A program made the translations under genes and the position numbers. From contig JAQVPJ010000007.1 of the NCBI GenBank assembly GCA_028702135.1, forward strand, positions 21,782 to 85,781: a DNA stretch of 64,000 nucleotides. The letters are read 5' to 3'. This stretch comes from Eubacteriales bacterium. GTDB lineage: Bacteria; Bacillota; Clostridia; Oscillospirales; CAG-382. This document shows, piece by piece, positions 1 through 10,661 of this stretch. Each line of letters starts with the position of its first letter. Within the stretch, counting starts at the first letter, position 1. The notes under the pieces were generated by a model, which had not been told where the DNA came from, ran no database searches, and saw only the letters and a list, made by a program, of their open reading frames with translations.

Positions 1-2
1 GC

Positions 3-596
3 AGAGGCTTGTTTTCCGATAACTTTTCCGTTTACGCAGGAAAAAACGAGAATATCATCTGCATTCCTCAGAGCGATTCGCTGTTTTCGCTTTACAGAAA
101 GCTCGGTTTCACGCAGGAAATCTTTATATTTAATACAAGTGTAGTAGGTGACGGCTCTTTACGCAAGCATCTTCTTTCAAACTATGATATGGATTTTGAG
201 ATGCTGTACCGTATTTATAAAAGCAGTTGTTTTTATCCTAAAAAGCCAAAGGAGCTTTTTATGTCCACTATGCGATGCCATCTTTTATACGGCGGAACAG
301 TTATTTCGGACGGGAGCTTTTATGCTCTGTGCGGAGTTGGGGAAAACAGTAGAAATATCTATGAGATTTGCGTTCCAAAAGGCAGCGAAAACAGAGCCGC
401 TGAACTTATTAAAGGCTGCGTTTCGGGTGTTGCCGCCGCAAGTCTTGCCGCAGATTTTACAACTTCATTAAGGAACTCGGGGCTGACATACAACGCAAAA
501 AGGATTGCCGCTTTTAGACAGGGCGCCGATATCCCCAAAAATAATATAAACAATAGTAGCTGGAAAAGCTTATACATAAATATACTTTATAATTAG
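3..596 (+). CDS. C-terminal part of a probable GNAT/Eis-like acetyltransferase (5' end outside window)
   Basis: Frame is open to the window edge; LYRKLGF motif resembles GNAT motif B; followed by RBS and next gene in the same orientation. Confidence 0.45.
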   Translation, partial: RGLFSDNFSVYAGKNENIICIPQSDSLFSLYRKLGFTQEIFIFNTSVVGDGSLRKHLLSNYDMDFEMLYRIYKSSCFYPKKPKELFMSTMRCHLLYGGTVISDGSFYALCGVGENSRNIYEICVPKGSENRAAELIKGCVSGVAAASLAADFTTSLRNSGLTYNAKRIAAFRQGADIPKNNINNSSWKSLYINILYN

Positions 597-619
597 CTTT
601 ATAAAAAAGGAGTTTTCTT

Positions 620-1177
620 ATGATAATATATCTACTTCTTGCAGACGGTTTTGAGGAGAGCGAGGCTATTGTGCCGGCGGATCTTCTTATGCGTGCAGGT
701 GCCGATGTGAAGCTTGTTTCAATTTCGGAGAGCTTGGCTGTCAAGGGAGCGCATAACATTACAATCAACGCAAATATTCTGATAGACGAGGTGTCAAAGG
801 ACGATATGGGCTGCCTTATCCTGCCCGGTGGTTCTGAGGGTACGCGGCGCTTGGGAGAGAGTATAAAAGTAAAAACACTCATAGAAGCAGCAGTATCAAA
901 GGGAGTTTATATAGGAGCGATATGCGCCGCGCCGTCAATTCTCGGCAAAATGAACCTTTTGGACGGCAGGCGCGCTGCTTGCTATCCCTCCTTTCAAAAT
1001 GAACTGTCTCATAGTATAATTACCGGTAAAAAAATTGAGCATGATGATATTTTCATCACTGCTGAAGGCATGGGCGTATCCTTTGAATTCGGATATAAGC
1101 TTATCGAGCTTCTATATGGAAGCGGAATGACCGAAAAGGTAAAAAACGCTGTAAGAGCTGAAAGCAAAACCGAATAG
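620..1177 (+). CDS. DJ-1/PfpI (YajL/ThiJ-like) family protein
   Basis: ADGFEESE, LPGG and nucleophile-elbow AICAAP motifs; AAGGAG RBS. Confidence 0.9.
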   Translation: MIIYLLLADGFEESEAIVPADLLMRAGADVKLVSISESLAVKGAHNITINANILIDEVSKDDMGCLILPGGSEGTRRLGESIKVKTLIEAAVSKGVYIGAICAAPSILGKMNLLDGRRAACYPSFQNELSHSIITGKKIEHDDIFITAEGMGVSFEFGYKLIELLYGSGMTEKVKNAVRAESKTE

Positions 1178-1219
1178 CTTATAACTGTTTTTCGATCTTT
1201 ATTCGGAGGTAAAGGGTAT

Positions 1220-2128
1220 ATGGGTGAGGAAAAAAGCATATGGTATAAGTCGCCGGTCATCACTACACCGCTGCTCGTCATTTTTGTGTTTATTTTACTT
1301 GCTTTGAGCCGTGTTATCCTTGATAATCAACCCGATAACGAAAGCAATATATTTCTTGTTATTTCAATAATACAGATCTTTGTATTGATTTTACCCTGTG
1401 TGCTTTATTATCTACTAAAAAGCAGAAACCTTTCCTCACCCCTATTTATCTCTCTGCCCAAGCCATCACATATTATTTTCACAATATTTACGATGCTTTT
1501 GTTTATTAGCGGAACCCTATTAATAAAATATATATATTATGTAGGCGGCGGTCAGACGACTTCTCTTTCGGGCTATTTTGACGAGTATGCGGGAGACACG
1601 GGAATAATCGGTATAATTTTATCCCTTGTAGTTGTTCCCGCCGTATGCGAGGAGATATTCTTCAGAGGCGTTGTACTGAGCGAATACCGCAGTATGGGAA
1701 GCGTCAACGCGGTTATAATGTCCTCTCTCTGCTTTGCGATGCTGCACTTTTCGATAGAGAATTTCCCCATATATTTGTTTGCAGGAATAATTTTTGGGTT
1801 TGTTACCGTCATCACAAGGTCAATAATTCCTTCAATATTGATACACCTTGTAAGCAACAGTCTCTCGGTGTTCGGGAGCGATTTGTTTCTAAGGGTAACC
1901 GTTGAAAAAAGCGGAGCGTTTTTTGCAGGTTTTGTCATTGTTGTTATCTTCGGGATTTCCCTTCTTCTGGTCATATCAAAGCTCGAACAGATTTATTTTT
2001 CATATGCCGAAAAACCACCTATAACAACGCTGCCGCCAAGCAGTCTTTCATATGTGCCAAAAGTTTTTCTATCCCCCTCTTTCATTGCATTGATCGCAGT
2101 TTTCGTTATAATTGCAGTCTCAACATAA
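1220..2128 (+). CDS. CPBP (CAAX/Abi) family intramembrane metalloprotease
   Basis: Multiple hydrophobic segments; CEEIFFRG, FAMLH and HLVSN motifs. Confidence 0.9.
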   Translation: MGEEKSIWYKSPVITTPLLVIFVFILLALSRVILDNQPDNESNIFLVISIIQIFVLILPCVLYYLLKSRNLSSPLFISLPKPSHIIFTIFTMLLFISGTLLIKYIYYVGGGQTTSLSGYFDEYAGDTGIIGIILSLVVVPAVCEEIFFRGVVLSEYRSMGSVNAVIMSSLCFAMLHFSIENFPIYLFAGIIFGFVTVITRSIIPSILIHLVSNSLSVFGSDLFLRVTVEKSGAFFAGFVIVVIFGISLLLVISKLEQIYFSYAEKPPITTLPPSSLSYVPKVFLSPSFIALIAVFVIIAVST

Positions 2129-2163
2129 ATAAAAGATTTTTACTAAACCAGGAGGTGCTCTGT

Positions 2164-3678
2164 ATGCAGGATGACAAAAACGATAAAATGAGCGCCAAAG
2201 AAGCAGGCGACGAAATAATAAATATTCTTGACAACTACCGCAAGAAGCAAAAAGAAGAATCATCTGAACAAAAAACACAGACCCTTAATGAAAAAAAACC
2301 GGAGGAAAAACCGCTTGTTGCTTTTGAAAAAACAACCGTGACTGATTCAACATCGGTTCACTTAAGCAGCACGGAGGAAAACCCGGAAGAATCCGATGCA
2401 CCCATAAACCCTCATTTATCTGACACAGTTGATCTTGACGCTCTAAAAAACGCACAGGGAATAAGTAAAAACGAGCGCTTCCGCAAGGAGAAAAAGCCCG
2501 CTAAAAAGTTTGCGCTCGCACTCGGGAGCAGTTCTTTTCTTTTCAAAGCGTTGTTCTATATTTTATTTATCCTTATAATATCGGCCTATCTGTCATATTA
2601 TATCATCACAATCGGAAACGATGTTTTCGCTCTTGTAAAGAGCTCCTCAGACGTGACAATATTCGTTCAGGAGGGTTCGACGCCTGAACAGATTGCGTCT
2701 GTTTTAAAAGAAAAGGGTATAATCGAATATGAATGGGTTTTCAAGTTATATATGAAATACCGTCTTGATGAGGATTCTACCTTTGTACCCGGGGATCATG
2801 TCCTTAACGCTTCTATGAACTACACGAATATAATTGAGGATCTTACGGTAGAAAATGTTGCAAAAGGTCAGGTCCGAATCGTCATACCCGAGGGTAAAAC
2901 GGTGGATGAGATTATTGATCTTTTTCTTGAGAACGGAATAGGAACCCGCGAGGGCTTTGTTGATGCCATCAACAATTACGATTACAACTGGGATTTTGTA
3001 AAAGCGCTTGACACACTCGGTTATCCCGACAGCAGAAAATACCGACTTGAAGGCTATTTATATCCCGACACCTATGATTTTTACCTTGATACAGATGAGG
3101 TCTGGGCTATAAACAAGCTGCTTGCCAACTTTGATGCTAAATTCTGGAGCTCATACAATCCAAAATCCGAAAGTGACTACAATACATCATACAAGGCGAT
3201 AGCCGATTCATACGGAATGACCTTTGATGATATTATCACTCTTGCGTCCATGATAGAAGCGGAGGGCAACAATGCGGAGGATTATTACTATATCTCTCAG
3301 GTGTTCCATAACAGGCTGAAAAGCACCTCGCCGGATTTTAAAACGTTACAGTCGGACGCAACGACATTATATGCAAAAATATATATCAGAGGTATTACGG
3401 ACAACCGGGAACTGTATCAATCCGATTTGGATTATAACAATCCCTATAACACATATGTTTATGAAGGTCTTCCCTGCGGTGCGATATGCAACCCCGGAAC
3501 AGACGCTATCGCTGCAGCGCTGGATCCTATGGAGCCGGGCAGAGGTCAAGCCTATTACTTTGTGTCAAACAAAGCCGGAAAAACCTATTATGCGAAAAAT
3601 CTTGACGGGCACAATAATAACAAAGCAAAGGTAGATATAGATAACGCCGCCATAGAGGCGGGCACTTATATCGGATAA
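2164..3678 (+). CDS. mltG: Endolytic transglycosylase MltG
   Basis: Charged N-terminus plus TM helix, LEGYLYPDTY, LASMIEAE catalytic Glu, SQVFHNRL, NPYNTY...GLPCGAICNPG; start moved to ATG 2164 after GGAGG. Confidence 0.92.
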   Translation: MQDDKNDKMSAKEAGDEIINILDNYRKKQKEESSEQKTQTLNEKKPEEKPLVAFEKTTVTDSTSVHLSSTEENPEESDAPINPHLSDTVDLDALKNAQGISKNERFRKEKKPAKKFALALGSSSFLFKALFYILFILIISAYLSYYIITIGNDVFALVKSSSDVTIFVQEGSTPEQIASVLKEKGIIEYEWVFKLYMKYRLDEDSTFVPGDHVLNASMNYTNIIEDLTVENVAKGQVRIVIPEGKTVDEIIDLFLENGIGTREGFVDAINNYDYNWDFVKALDTLGYPDSRKYRLEGYLYPDTYDFYLDTDEVWAINKLLANFDAKFWSSYNPKSESDYNTSYKAIADSYGMTFDDIITLASMIEAEGNNAEDYYYISQVFHNRLKSTSPDFKTLQSDATTLYAKIYIRGITDNRELYQSDLDYNNPYNTYVYEGLPCGAICNPGTDAIAAALDPMEPGRGQAYYFVSNKAGKTYYAKNLDGHNNNKAKVDIDNAAIEAGTYIG

Positions 3679-3685
3679 TAGTTCA

Positions 3686-4930
3686 ATGAAAACAGATGTC
3701 GGAAATGAAAAACTGAGAATACCCGAGATTCTATCACCTGCGGGCAATCCGGAAAAGCTGATCTATGCTTTAAACTACGGTGCGGATGCCGTATACTGCG
3801 CGCTTGACCGATTCGGAATGCGCTCCGCTGCGGATAACTTCACTTTAGAAGAGCTCAAAGACGGGATCGAGTACGCCCATTCACACGGAAAAAGACTGTA
3901 TCTCACCCTTAATACGATGCCAAAAGATGCTGAGCTTTCGCACCTTCCTGAATATCTTTCGTCTATTAGGGATATAAGACCCGACGCTTTTATAATTTCT
4001 GATCCCGGTGTTATGGAGTATTTAAGGGAATTTATTCCCGACGCAGTAATTCATCTTTCCACACAGGCTAATACAATAAATTCCGCCGCCTGCCGCTTCT
4101 GGTATAAAAACGGTGTTAAACGAATAGTTCTGGCAAGAGAATTGTCGCTTGAGGAAATAAAAAACATCCGGTGCGAAACACCGCCCGATCTGGAGCTTGA
4201 GTGTTTTGTGCACGGTTCGATGTGCATCTCCTATTCTGGACGCTGTCTTCTCTCAAATTATTTTACTGACCGTAACGCAAACAACGGAGCCTGTACTCAG
4301 CCCTGCCGCTGGAAGTACTATTTACACGAGGAGAAACGTCCCGATAACCTAATAGAAGCTGAGCAGGACAAAGAGGGAACCTATATTTTCTCCTCAAGGG
4401 ACATCTGCATGATAGAATATATCCCCGAGCTTGTGAAAGCGGGAATAGACAGTTTTAAAATCGAGGGCAGGGTAAAAAGTGCGTATTATACCGCGGTAAC
4501 TGCAAACGCCTATAAAATGGCATTGAAAGACTACAGCATCGATCCCGACGGTTATGTGTTCAACCCCCTTTATAAAAAGGAGGTTGAGAGCGTCAGCCAC
4601 AGGGAGTTTGATACAGGATATTTTTTCTCATCCCCCGCTTCGAATGCGAATGTTGTAAAAAGCAATGAGTATATTAAGGACAAGTCCTTTTTATGCACGG
4701 TAAGCGAATATGACAGTGAAAGAAAGCTGGCGAAATGTATACAACGCAACAAATTCACCACCGGTGAACGAGTAAACATTCTCTCGCCAAACACCACGGG
4801 ACGTGATATCGTCGCCGGCAGGCTTTTTGATTTGGAGATGAACCCAATAACTTCTGTACCCCATGCGAAAATGGAGTTTTATTTGGAAATTGACGGTGCT
4901 AAAGCCGGAGATATTATAAGAGCAATCTGA
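3686..4930 (+). CDS. U32 family peptidase (TrhP/YrrO-like tRNA hydroxylation protein)
   Basis: PEILSPAG, GADAVY, HLSTQ, VHGSMCISYSGRCLLS, FKIEGR; usual position after mltG. Confidence 0.9.
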   Translation: MKTDVGNEKLRIPEILSPAGNPEKLIYALNYGADAVYCALDRFGMRSAADNFTLEELKDGIEYAHSHGKRLYLTLNTMPKDAELSHLPEYLSSIRDIRPDAFIISDPGVMEYLREFIPDAVIHLSTQANTINSAACRFWYKNGVKRIVLARELSLEEIKNIRCETPPDLELECFVHGSMCISYSGRCLLSNYFTDRNANNGACTQPCRWKYYLHEEKRPDNLIEAEQDKEGTYIFSSRDICMIEYIPELVKAGIDSFKIEGRVKSAYYTAVTANAYKMALKDYSIDPDGYVFNPLYKKEVESVSHREFDTGYFFSSPASNANVVKSNEYIKDKSFLCTVSEYDSERKLAKCIQRNKFTTGERVNILSPNTTGRDIVAGRLFDLEMNPITSVPHAKMEFYLEIDGAKAGDIIRAI

Positions 4931-4940
4931 AGGGAAAGTA

Positions 4941-5594
4941 ATGTTAAATAAGCTTGTAAAAAGCAGAATTACAATTATAGCCGGACATTATGGATCTGGA
5001 AAAACAAACATCTCCGTCAATCTTGCGCTTGATATGGTACGTTCGGGGAAAAAGGTAAGCGTGGTTGATTTTGACATCGTAAACCCCTATTTCCGAAGCG
5101 CCGATAATATAACGGAACTCAACGCTTTGGGAGTCCGTGTTATAGCTCCCGAATTTGCCAACACCAATGTCGATATGAATACTCTTCCAAAAGAATATTA
5201 TACGATATTTTCGACAGACGATTATTGTATAGTTGATGTGGGCGGCGATGCGGACGGCGCGACGGCTCTTTCCATCGATTACGATAAGTATATAAAAAGC
5301 GGTTATACAATGTTTTATGTATTCAACTGCTACCGTCCGATGACAGCGTCTCCCGAGGATGCGTACAAAATTCTTTTGAATATAGAAAAAACCTCTCACC
5401 TTGCTTTTTCCGGTATTATTAACAATTCCAATATTGGTAAGGAGACGACTGAAAAACTGGTTCTGGAATCTATTCCGCTTGCGGAGGAGCTATCCAAAAT
5501 CTGCGGACTGCCCGTTTTGGCGACAACTGCACTTAGAACAATTGATATCGGTAATGCGGTAAAAATAGAGAATAAAACCAAGCAACTATTTTAG
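4941..5594 (+). CDS. P-loop ATP-binding protein preceding the vor-type operon
   Basis: GHYGSGKT Walker A, DFDIVNPYFRS, VDVGGD. Confidence 0.75.
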   Translation: MLNKLVKSRITIIAGHYGSGKTNISVNLALDMVRSGKKVSVVDFDIVNPYFRSADNITELNALGVRVIAPEFANTNVDMNTLPKEYYTIFSTDDYCIVDVGGDADGATALSIDYDKYIKSGYTMFYVFNCYRPMTASPEDAYKILLNIEKTSHLAFSGIINNSNIGKETTEKLVLESIPLAEELSKICGLPVLATTALRTIDIGNAVKIENKTKQLF

Positions 5595-5629
5595 AATAAT
5601 AAATTTACAACATAAAGAGGAATGGAAAA

Positions 5630-5845
5630 ATGAACAAAGTGACCTTTAAGAGCGATTTGTGTAAGGGCTGCGGATTATGTGTTGAAGCCTGCCCTAAAAA
5701 AATCGTTTTGCTCGACGAAAAGGAAATAAACGCCAAGGGTTATCACCCCGCACACATCATCGACATGGATAAATGCATTGCCTGCGCGATGTGCGCTATT
5801 ATGTGTCCCGATGTAGTCATAAAAGTTGAGAAGGGGGATAAATAA
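5630..5845 (+). CDS. 2x[4Fe-4S] ferredoxin (delta subunit of 2-oxoacid oxidoreductase)
   Basis: Two CxxCxxCxxxCP motifs. Confidence 0.92.
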   Translation: MNKVTFKSDLCKGCGLCVEACPKKIVLLDEKEINAKGYHPAHIIDMDKCIACAMCAIMCPDVVIKVEKGDK

Positions 5846-5846
5846 T

Positions 5847-6917
5847 ATGGCACAGAAATATCTGATGAAGGGCAACGAAGCAATCGCAGAAGCCGCAATA
5901 CGTGCCGGATGTAAGCTTTTCTTCGGTTATCCGATAACTCCGCAGACAGAATTGTCCGAATATATGGCGAAAAATATGCCAAAAAGAGAGGGACTATCCC
6001 TGCAGGCGGAAAGCGAGGTAGCAGCGATAAATATGGTTCTCGGCGCTTCGGCTGCCGGAGCAAGAGTTATGACCTCAACTTCCGGACCCGGTATAAGCCT
6101 TAAAAGCGAGGGAATCTCATACATAGTCGGCTCTGATCTGCCATGCGTAATAGTGAATGTTCAGAGAGGTGGTCCGGGACTGGGCGGTATTCAACCTGCG
6201 CAGAGCGATTATAATCAGGCGACCAAAGCGCTCGGACACGGAGATATGCACCTTATAGTACTTGCTCCGGCTTCGGTTCAGGAGATGGCTACACTCACGG
6301 GCGAGGCATTTGACCTCGCAGATATATACCGCACACCGGTTATGCTGCTTGCAGACGGCGCTCTCGGACAGATGATGGAACCGGTTGATTTTGAGGAAAA
6401 ACCGCACAGAGCTCTTCCGAAAAAGGACTGGGCCTGCACCGGACATGGCGGAAGCAGAAAACATAATATTGTAAATTCTCTGTATATAGAACCTGAGGTT
6501 CTTGAAAAGACTGTTGTTGACCGCTTTAAGAAATACGAGCAGATTGAGCAAAACGAGGTAAAGTATGAGGAATACCTTACCGAAGACGCCGAAATTATCA
6601 TTGTCGCTTACGGAATAACCTCCCGTATCGCAAAAACCGCAGTGAGAAACGCAAGGGAAAAAGGTATTAAAGCCGGTCTGTTCAGACCTATTACTCTCTA
6701 CCCTTTTCCTGAAAAACAGCTTGATGCACTCGCTGATAAGGAGAACATAAAGACCTTTCTTTCCGTCGAGATGAACATGGGCCAGATGGTTAAGGATGTC
6801 AAGCTTGCGATAAGCTGTAAAAAGGATGTGTATCACTTCGGCAGAACAGGCGGAGTTATACCCACCCCCGACGAGATACTCACAAACATCGAAAAATATG
6901 TTGGAGGTGCAAAATAA
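5847..6917 (+). CDS. vorB: 2-oxoacid:ferredoxin oxidoreductase alpha subunit (3-methyl-2-oxobutanoate dehydrogenase VorB type)
   Basis: MKGNEAIAEAA, FFGYPITPQTE, QAESE, TSTSGPG; start at ATG 5847. Confidence 0.9.
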   Translation: MAQKYLMKGNEAIAEAAIRAGCKLFFGYPITPQTELSEYMAKNMPKREGLSLQAESEVAAINMVLGASAAGARVMTSTSGPGISLKSEGISYIVGSDLPCVIVNVQRGGPGLGGIQPAQSDYNQATKALGHGDMHLIVLAPASVQEMATLTGEAFDLADIYRTPVMLLADGALGQMMEPVDFEEKPHRALPKKDWACTGHGGSRKHNIVNSLYIEPEVLEKTVVDRFKKYEQIEQNEVKYEEYLTEDAEIIIVAYGITSRIAKTAVRNAREKGIKAGLFRPITLYPFPEKQLDALADKENIKTFLSVEMNMGQMVKDVKLAISCKKDVYHFGRTGGVIPTPDEILTNIEKYVGGAK

Positions 6918-7672
6918 TGGTAGTATTCGACAAACCAAAAGCACTTACGGAAACGCCCTTTCATTATTGTCCCGGCTGTACACATGGCATAGTTCACCGC
7001 CTTGTAGCCGAGGCTATAGACGGATTGGGGCTGGAAGATAACACTATCGGTATCGCTCCGGTGGGCTGTTCGGTATTTGCATATAATTATTTTAACTGCG
7101 ACATGATAGAAGCTCCTCACGGAAGAGCGCCCGCCGTTGCGACCGGGGTAAAGCGTGCCGATCCCTCAAAAACGGTTTTCACCTATCAGGGAGACGGCGA
7201 CCTTGCCGCAATAGGAACTGCTGAGACTGTACACGCGGGTGCACGGGGCGAGAATATAACAATAATCTTTATAAATAACTGCATTTACGGAATGACCGGC
7301 GGGCAGATGGCTCCCACCTCCCTTATCGGGCAGGTGACGACAACAACTCCGTACGGCAGAGACCCGAACCTCCAGGGGTCTCCTCTGAGAATATGCGAGA
7401 TGCTCTCTACTATAGACGGCGTAGCATATGCTGAGAGGGTTTCGGTTGATAATGTAAAAAACGTGCTTGCCACAAAGAAGGCAATAAAAAAGGCTTTTGA
7501 GATACAGCAGAAGAAAATAGGGCTTTCTATCATAGAGGTGCTCTCAACCTGTCCGACCAACTGGGGGCTTTCGCCCACAAAAGCTACCGAATGGCTACGC
7601 GAAAATATGATACCATATTATCCGCTCGGTGTTTATAAGGACAAGACAAAAGAGGAGGGCGAGCAAAAATGA
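6917..7672 (+). CDS. 2-oxoacid:ferredoxin oxidoreductase beta subunit (TPP-binding)
   Basis: YCPGCTHG, HGRAPAVATG, GDGD TPP motif, NNxIYGMTGGQ. Confidence 0.92.
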   Translation: MVVFDKPKALTETPFHYCPGCTHGIVHRLVAEAIDGLGLEDNTIGIAPVGCSVFAYNYFNCDMIEAPHGRAPAVATGVKRADPSKTVFTYQGDGDLAAIGTAETVHAGARGENITIIFINNCIYGMTGGQMAPTSLIGQVTTTTPYGRDPNLQGSPLRICEMLSTIDGVAYAERVSVDNVKNVLATKKAIKKAFEIQQKKIGLSIIEVLSTCPTNWGLSPTKATEWLRENMIPYYPLGVYKDKTKEEGEQK

Positions 7673-8202
7673 GTGCGATACTTTTAGCGGGTTTCGGAGG
7701 ACAGGGAATACTTTTTGCCGGTAAGCAGCTTGTCCGGGCAGGCATGGAGTTGGGAAAGCAGGTAAGCTGGCTCCCCTCTTACGGACCCGAGATGAGAGGC
7801 GGAACCTGCAACTGCTCCGTCAACGTTGACGACGATGCGATAGGTTCCCCACTTGTAACAAAGCCCGACATCTTAATCGCCATGAACCTGCCCTCTTTCC
7901 AAAAGTTCGAGGAAAAAGTGGTAAGCGGCGGCATAATGATTCTTGACAGCTCGCTTATAAACATTAAAACGACCCGCAATGATGTAAATGCATATTATAT
8001 ACCAGCTACCAGACTTGCGGATGAAAACGGTTTGAAGGGTTTGGCAAATGTAATAATGCTCGGAAAGCTCATCAGGGTGGGCAGTCTTATGGATTATAAA
8101 TTCTTCAGGGACAGTCTGCAAGCTTCATCCCCGAAATCAAAACCTATGCTTGGAGAGTTAAATTGCAAAGCGTTCGATATCGGATATAATTATGAAGATT
8201 AG
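7669..8202 (+). CDS. 2-oxoacid:ferredoxin oxidoreductase gamma subunit
   Basis: AGFGGQG, SYGPEMRGG, NVIMLG. Confidence 0.92.
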   Translation: MSAILLAGFGGQGILFAGKQLVRAGMELGKQVSWLPSYGPEMRGGTCNCSVNVDDDAIGSPLVTKPDILIAMNLPSFQKFEEKVVSGGIMILDSSLINIKTTRNDVNAYYIPATRLADENGLKGLANVIMLGKLIRVGSLMDYKFFRDSLQASSPKSKPMLGELNCKAFDIGYNYED

Positions 8203-8920
8203 CAAAACTACATTCATTAACGATAACAAGCTTTTCGTCAGCGGAATAATTGTTGCGGCAGGCAGCGGTACCCGTATGGGTACGGTTGCAAAACCTCTTA
8301 TTAAACTCGGGAAAAAGACGGTTTTCGAATTTGTTCTCGCTGCTTTTGCAGCTTCCGCAGTGGATGAGATAATCGTTGTATGCAACGATAAATCCGCGTT
8401 TCTGCCGCTGATACCTTCTGATATTAATAAACCCGTTCTTTTTGCGGAGGGCGGCGAGACGAGAGCATTATCGGTATATAACGGTGTTTCCGCTTCAAAT
8501 AAAAAGAACGGGCTTGTATGCATACATGACTGTGCGCGTCCTTTTGTCACTCCCGAGATAATAAACAATGTCATAAAAGCCGCATCCGAAAGCGGAGTTG
8601 CTACGGCTTCCTGTACCGTAACCGATACAATCAAGTATGTCAACGGCGACACGAATACAGTCTATACGCCCGAGCGTAAATATCTGCTGTCAGTTCAGAC
8701 TCCGCAGGCTCTGATAAAGAATATCTACACTGTATCCTTCGCACTCGCAAAGAAACAGGGTTTATCATTGACAGACGAAACGACTATGGCTGAAAACGCC
8801 GGCTTTAAAGTAACTTATGTGGAATCATCAAAGGCAAATATAAAGCTGACTACTCCGGAAGATATAAAAACCGCAAAAGCGATCCTGTATCTTACTGAAC
8901 GCGGTGATATGACTCTTTAG
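8192..8920 (+). CDS. ispD: 2-C-methyl-D-erythritol 4-phosphate cytidylyltransferase
   Basis: [34 protein letters not shown]; adjacent to ispF. Confidence 0.92.
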   Translation: MKISKTTFINDNKLFVSGIIVAAGSGTRMGTVAKPLIKLGKKTVFEFVLAAFAASAVDEIIVVCNDKSAFLPLIPSDINKPVLFAEGGETRALSVYNGVSASNKKNGLVCIHDCARPFVTPEIINNVIKAASESGVATASCTVTDTIKYVNGDTNTVYTPERKYLLSVQTPQALIKNIYTVSFALAKKQGLSLTDETTMAENAGFKVTYVESSKANIKLTTPEDIKTAKAILYLTERGDMTL

Positions 8921-8946
8921 CGAACCTCAAAGGAAGAAAAAAGTAT

Positions 8947-9429
8947 ATGAAAAAATTTCGTATTGGTCACGGCTATGATGTTCATCGCCTTGTTCCAGAC
9001 AGAAGCCTTATACTCGGCGGCGTGGATATTCCTCACGAATCCGGTCTTGCCGGACACTCAGATGCCGATGTGCTCCTGCACGCGATATGCGACGCACTTT
9101 TAGGAGCTGCCGCCATGCGTGACATAGGCTTTCACTTTCCAAACAGCGATATTGGTTATAAGAATATCTCATCACTCGTACTGCTTGAAAAGGTAAGGGA
9201 ACTGTTGGAAAAAAGGGGATATGTTATATGCAATATCGACGCCACCGTAATTGCTCAGGAACCAAAGCTCTCGCCCTTTATACCCGATATGACGCAAAAT
9301 ATTTCTGCTGTTCTTGGAATACCCTTGAATGATGTAAATATAAAAGCAACAACCGAGGAGAGTATGGGATTCACAGGACAAAAGCTGGGCATCGCAGCTC
9401 ATGCCGTCACACTGATACAGGAAATTTAA
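8947..9429 (+). CDS. ispF: 2-C-methyl-D-erythritol 2,4-cyclodiphosphate synthase
   Basis: [33 protein letters not shown]. Confidence 0.96.
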   Translation: MKKFRIGHGYDVHRLVPDRSLILGGVDIPHESGLAGHSDADVLLHAICDALLGAAAMRDIGFHFPNSDIGYKNISSLVLLEKVRELLEKRGYVICNIDATVIAQEPKLSPFIPDMTQNISAVLGIPLNDVNIKATTEESMGFTGQKLGIAAHAVTLIQEI

Positions 9430-9450
9430 TCAAACTTTATAGGAGCGGTT

Positions 9451-10644
9451 ATGTTAAAGCATAAAATAAAGGGCGATATAGTAACCCCGATGAGGATTAT
9501 TAAAAACGGTGAGGTGTGCTTTGAAGCGGACGGTGCTTCAAGCAGAATCATCTATGTCGGTGCGTGCAAAAAAGACGACAGGGAATATAATGTGATCGAT
9601 TACTCGGGAAGATATGTCGCTCCGGGTTTTATTGATATCCATGTGCACGGCGGCGGCGGACATGATTTTATGGACGGCACAGTCAATGCTTTCCTCGGAG
9701 CAGCAAGGCTTCACGCCTCCCACGGAACGTCCACCCTGCTCCCGACAACCCTCTGCTGCCCCGATGAGGAACTGTTCAATGTTTTCGATGTGCTGGAAAA
9801 AGCAAGGAATACCGAAAACGATGGCGCTTATCTTGCCGGAATCCATTTAGAGGGTCCGTATTTTTCCGCCGCACAAAAGGGAGCGCAGGATGAAACTTAT
9901 CTAAAACTCCCGGAAAAAGACCATTATACCCGAATTCTGAATGCCGGAGCCGGTAAAATTCTGCGCTGGTCAGTTGCACCGGAGCTCAAAGGTGCCCCGG
10001 AGCTGGGTGCGGAGCTTAGAAAACGCGGCATTCTTGCGTCCATCGGACATTCAGACGCTCTGTACGAGCAGGCGCTCGAGGCATATGAGCATGGTTATAC
10101 AATGCTTACACATTTCTACAGCGGTATGAGCTCTTTGGTCCGCAAAAACGGATACCGCTTTCCGGGACTTATCGAGAGCGGCTATATGATTCCAGACTTT
10201 GATGTGGAGGTTATCGCAGACGGTTGTCATCTCCCCGCTTCCATGTTAAAGCATGTTTACAGGACAAAGGGTGCGGGCAAAGTGGCTCTCATCACCGACG
10301 CCATGCGCGGAGCAGGACAAACGGAAGGCGAATCCATTCTCGGCTCTTTAAAAAACGGAATAAAGGTTTACATAGAGGACGGCGTTGCTAAGCTCGAGGA
10401 CCGTATGGCTTTCGGGGGAAGCGTTGCGACTGCCGACAGACTTGTACGTAATATGGTACAGCTTGCTTCAGTCGATATCTGTGATGCGGTCCGTATGATG
10501 ACGATGACTCCGGCACGGCTTGTAAATCTGAGAACAAAAGGCTCGATTGCAGCAGGATTCGACGCTGATTTTACGATTTTTGACGATAATATAAATATCG
10601 AGATGACAATATCAAACGGCAGAGTTATCTATAAGAAAAGCTAA
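9451..10644 (+). CDS. nagA: N-acetylglucosamine-6-phosphate deacetylase
   Basis: PGFIDIHVHGGGG, HLEGPY, GHSDA, THFYSGM, ADGCH, ITDAM. Confidence 0.93.
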   Translation: MLKHKIKGDIVTPMRIIKNGEVCFEADGASSRIIYVGACKKDDREYNVIDYSGRYVAPGFIDIHVHGGGGHDFMDGTVNAFLGAARLHASHGTSTLLPTTLCCPDEELFNVFDVLEKARNTENDGAYLAGIHLEGPYFSAAQKGAQDETYLKLPEKDHYTRILNAGAGKILRWSVAPELKGAPELGAELRKRGILASIGHSDALYEQALEAYEHGYTMLTHFYSGMSSLVRKNGYRFPGLIESGYMIPDFDVEVIADGCHLPASMLKHVYRTKGAGKVALITDAMRGAGQTEGESILGSLKNGIKVYIEDGVAKLEDRMAFGGSVATADRLVRNMVQLASVDICDAVRMMTMTPARLVNLRTKGSIAAGFDADFTIFDDNINIEMTISNGRVIYKKS

Positions 10645-10661
10645 CTGAAAGGCATAAAAAG

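Noticed and set aside
6117-6944. 275-aa minus-strand ORF and many other short antisense or off-frame ORFs in the track
   Set aside because: They shadow well-supported genes (here vorB), and lack RBS and recognisable motifs
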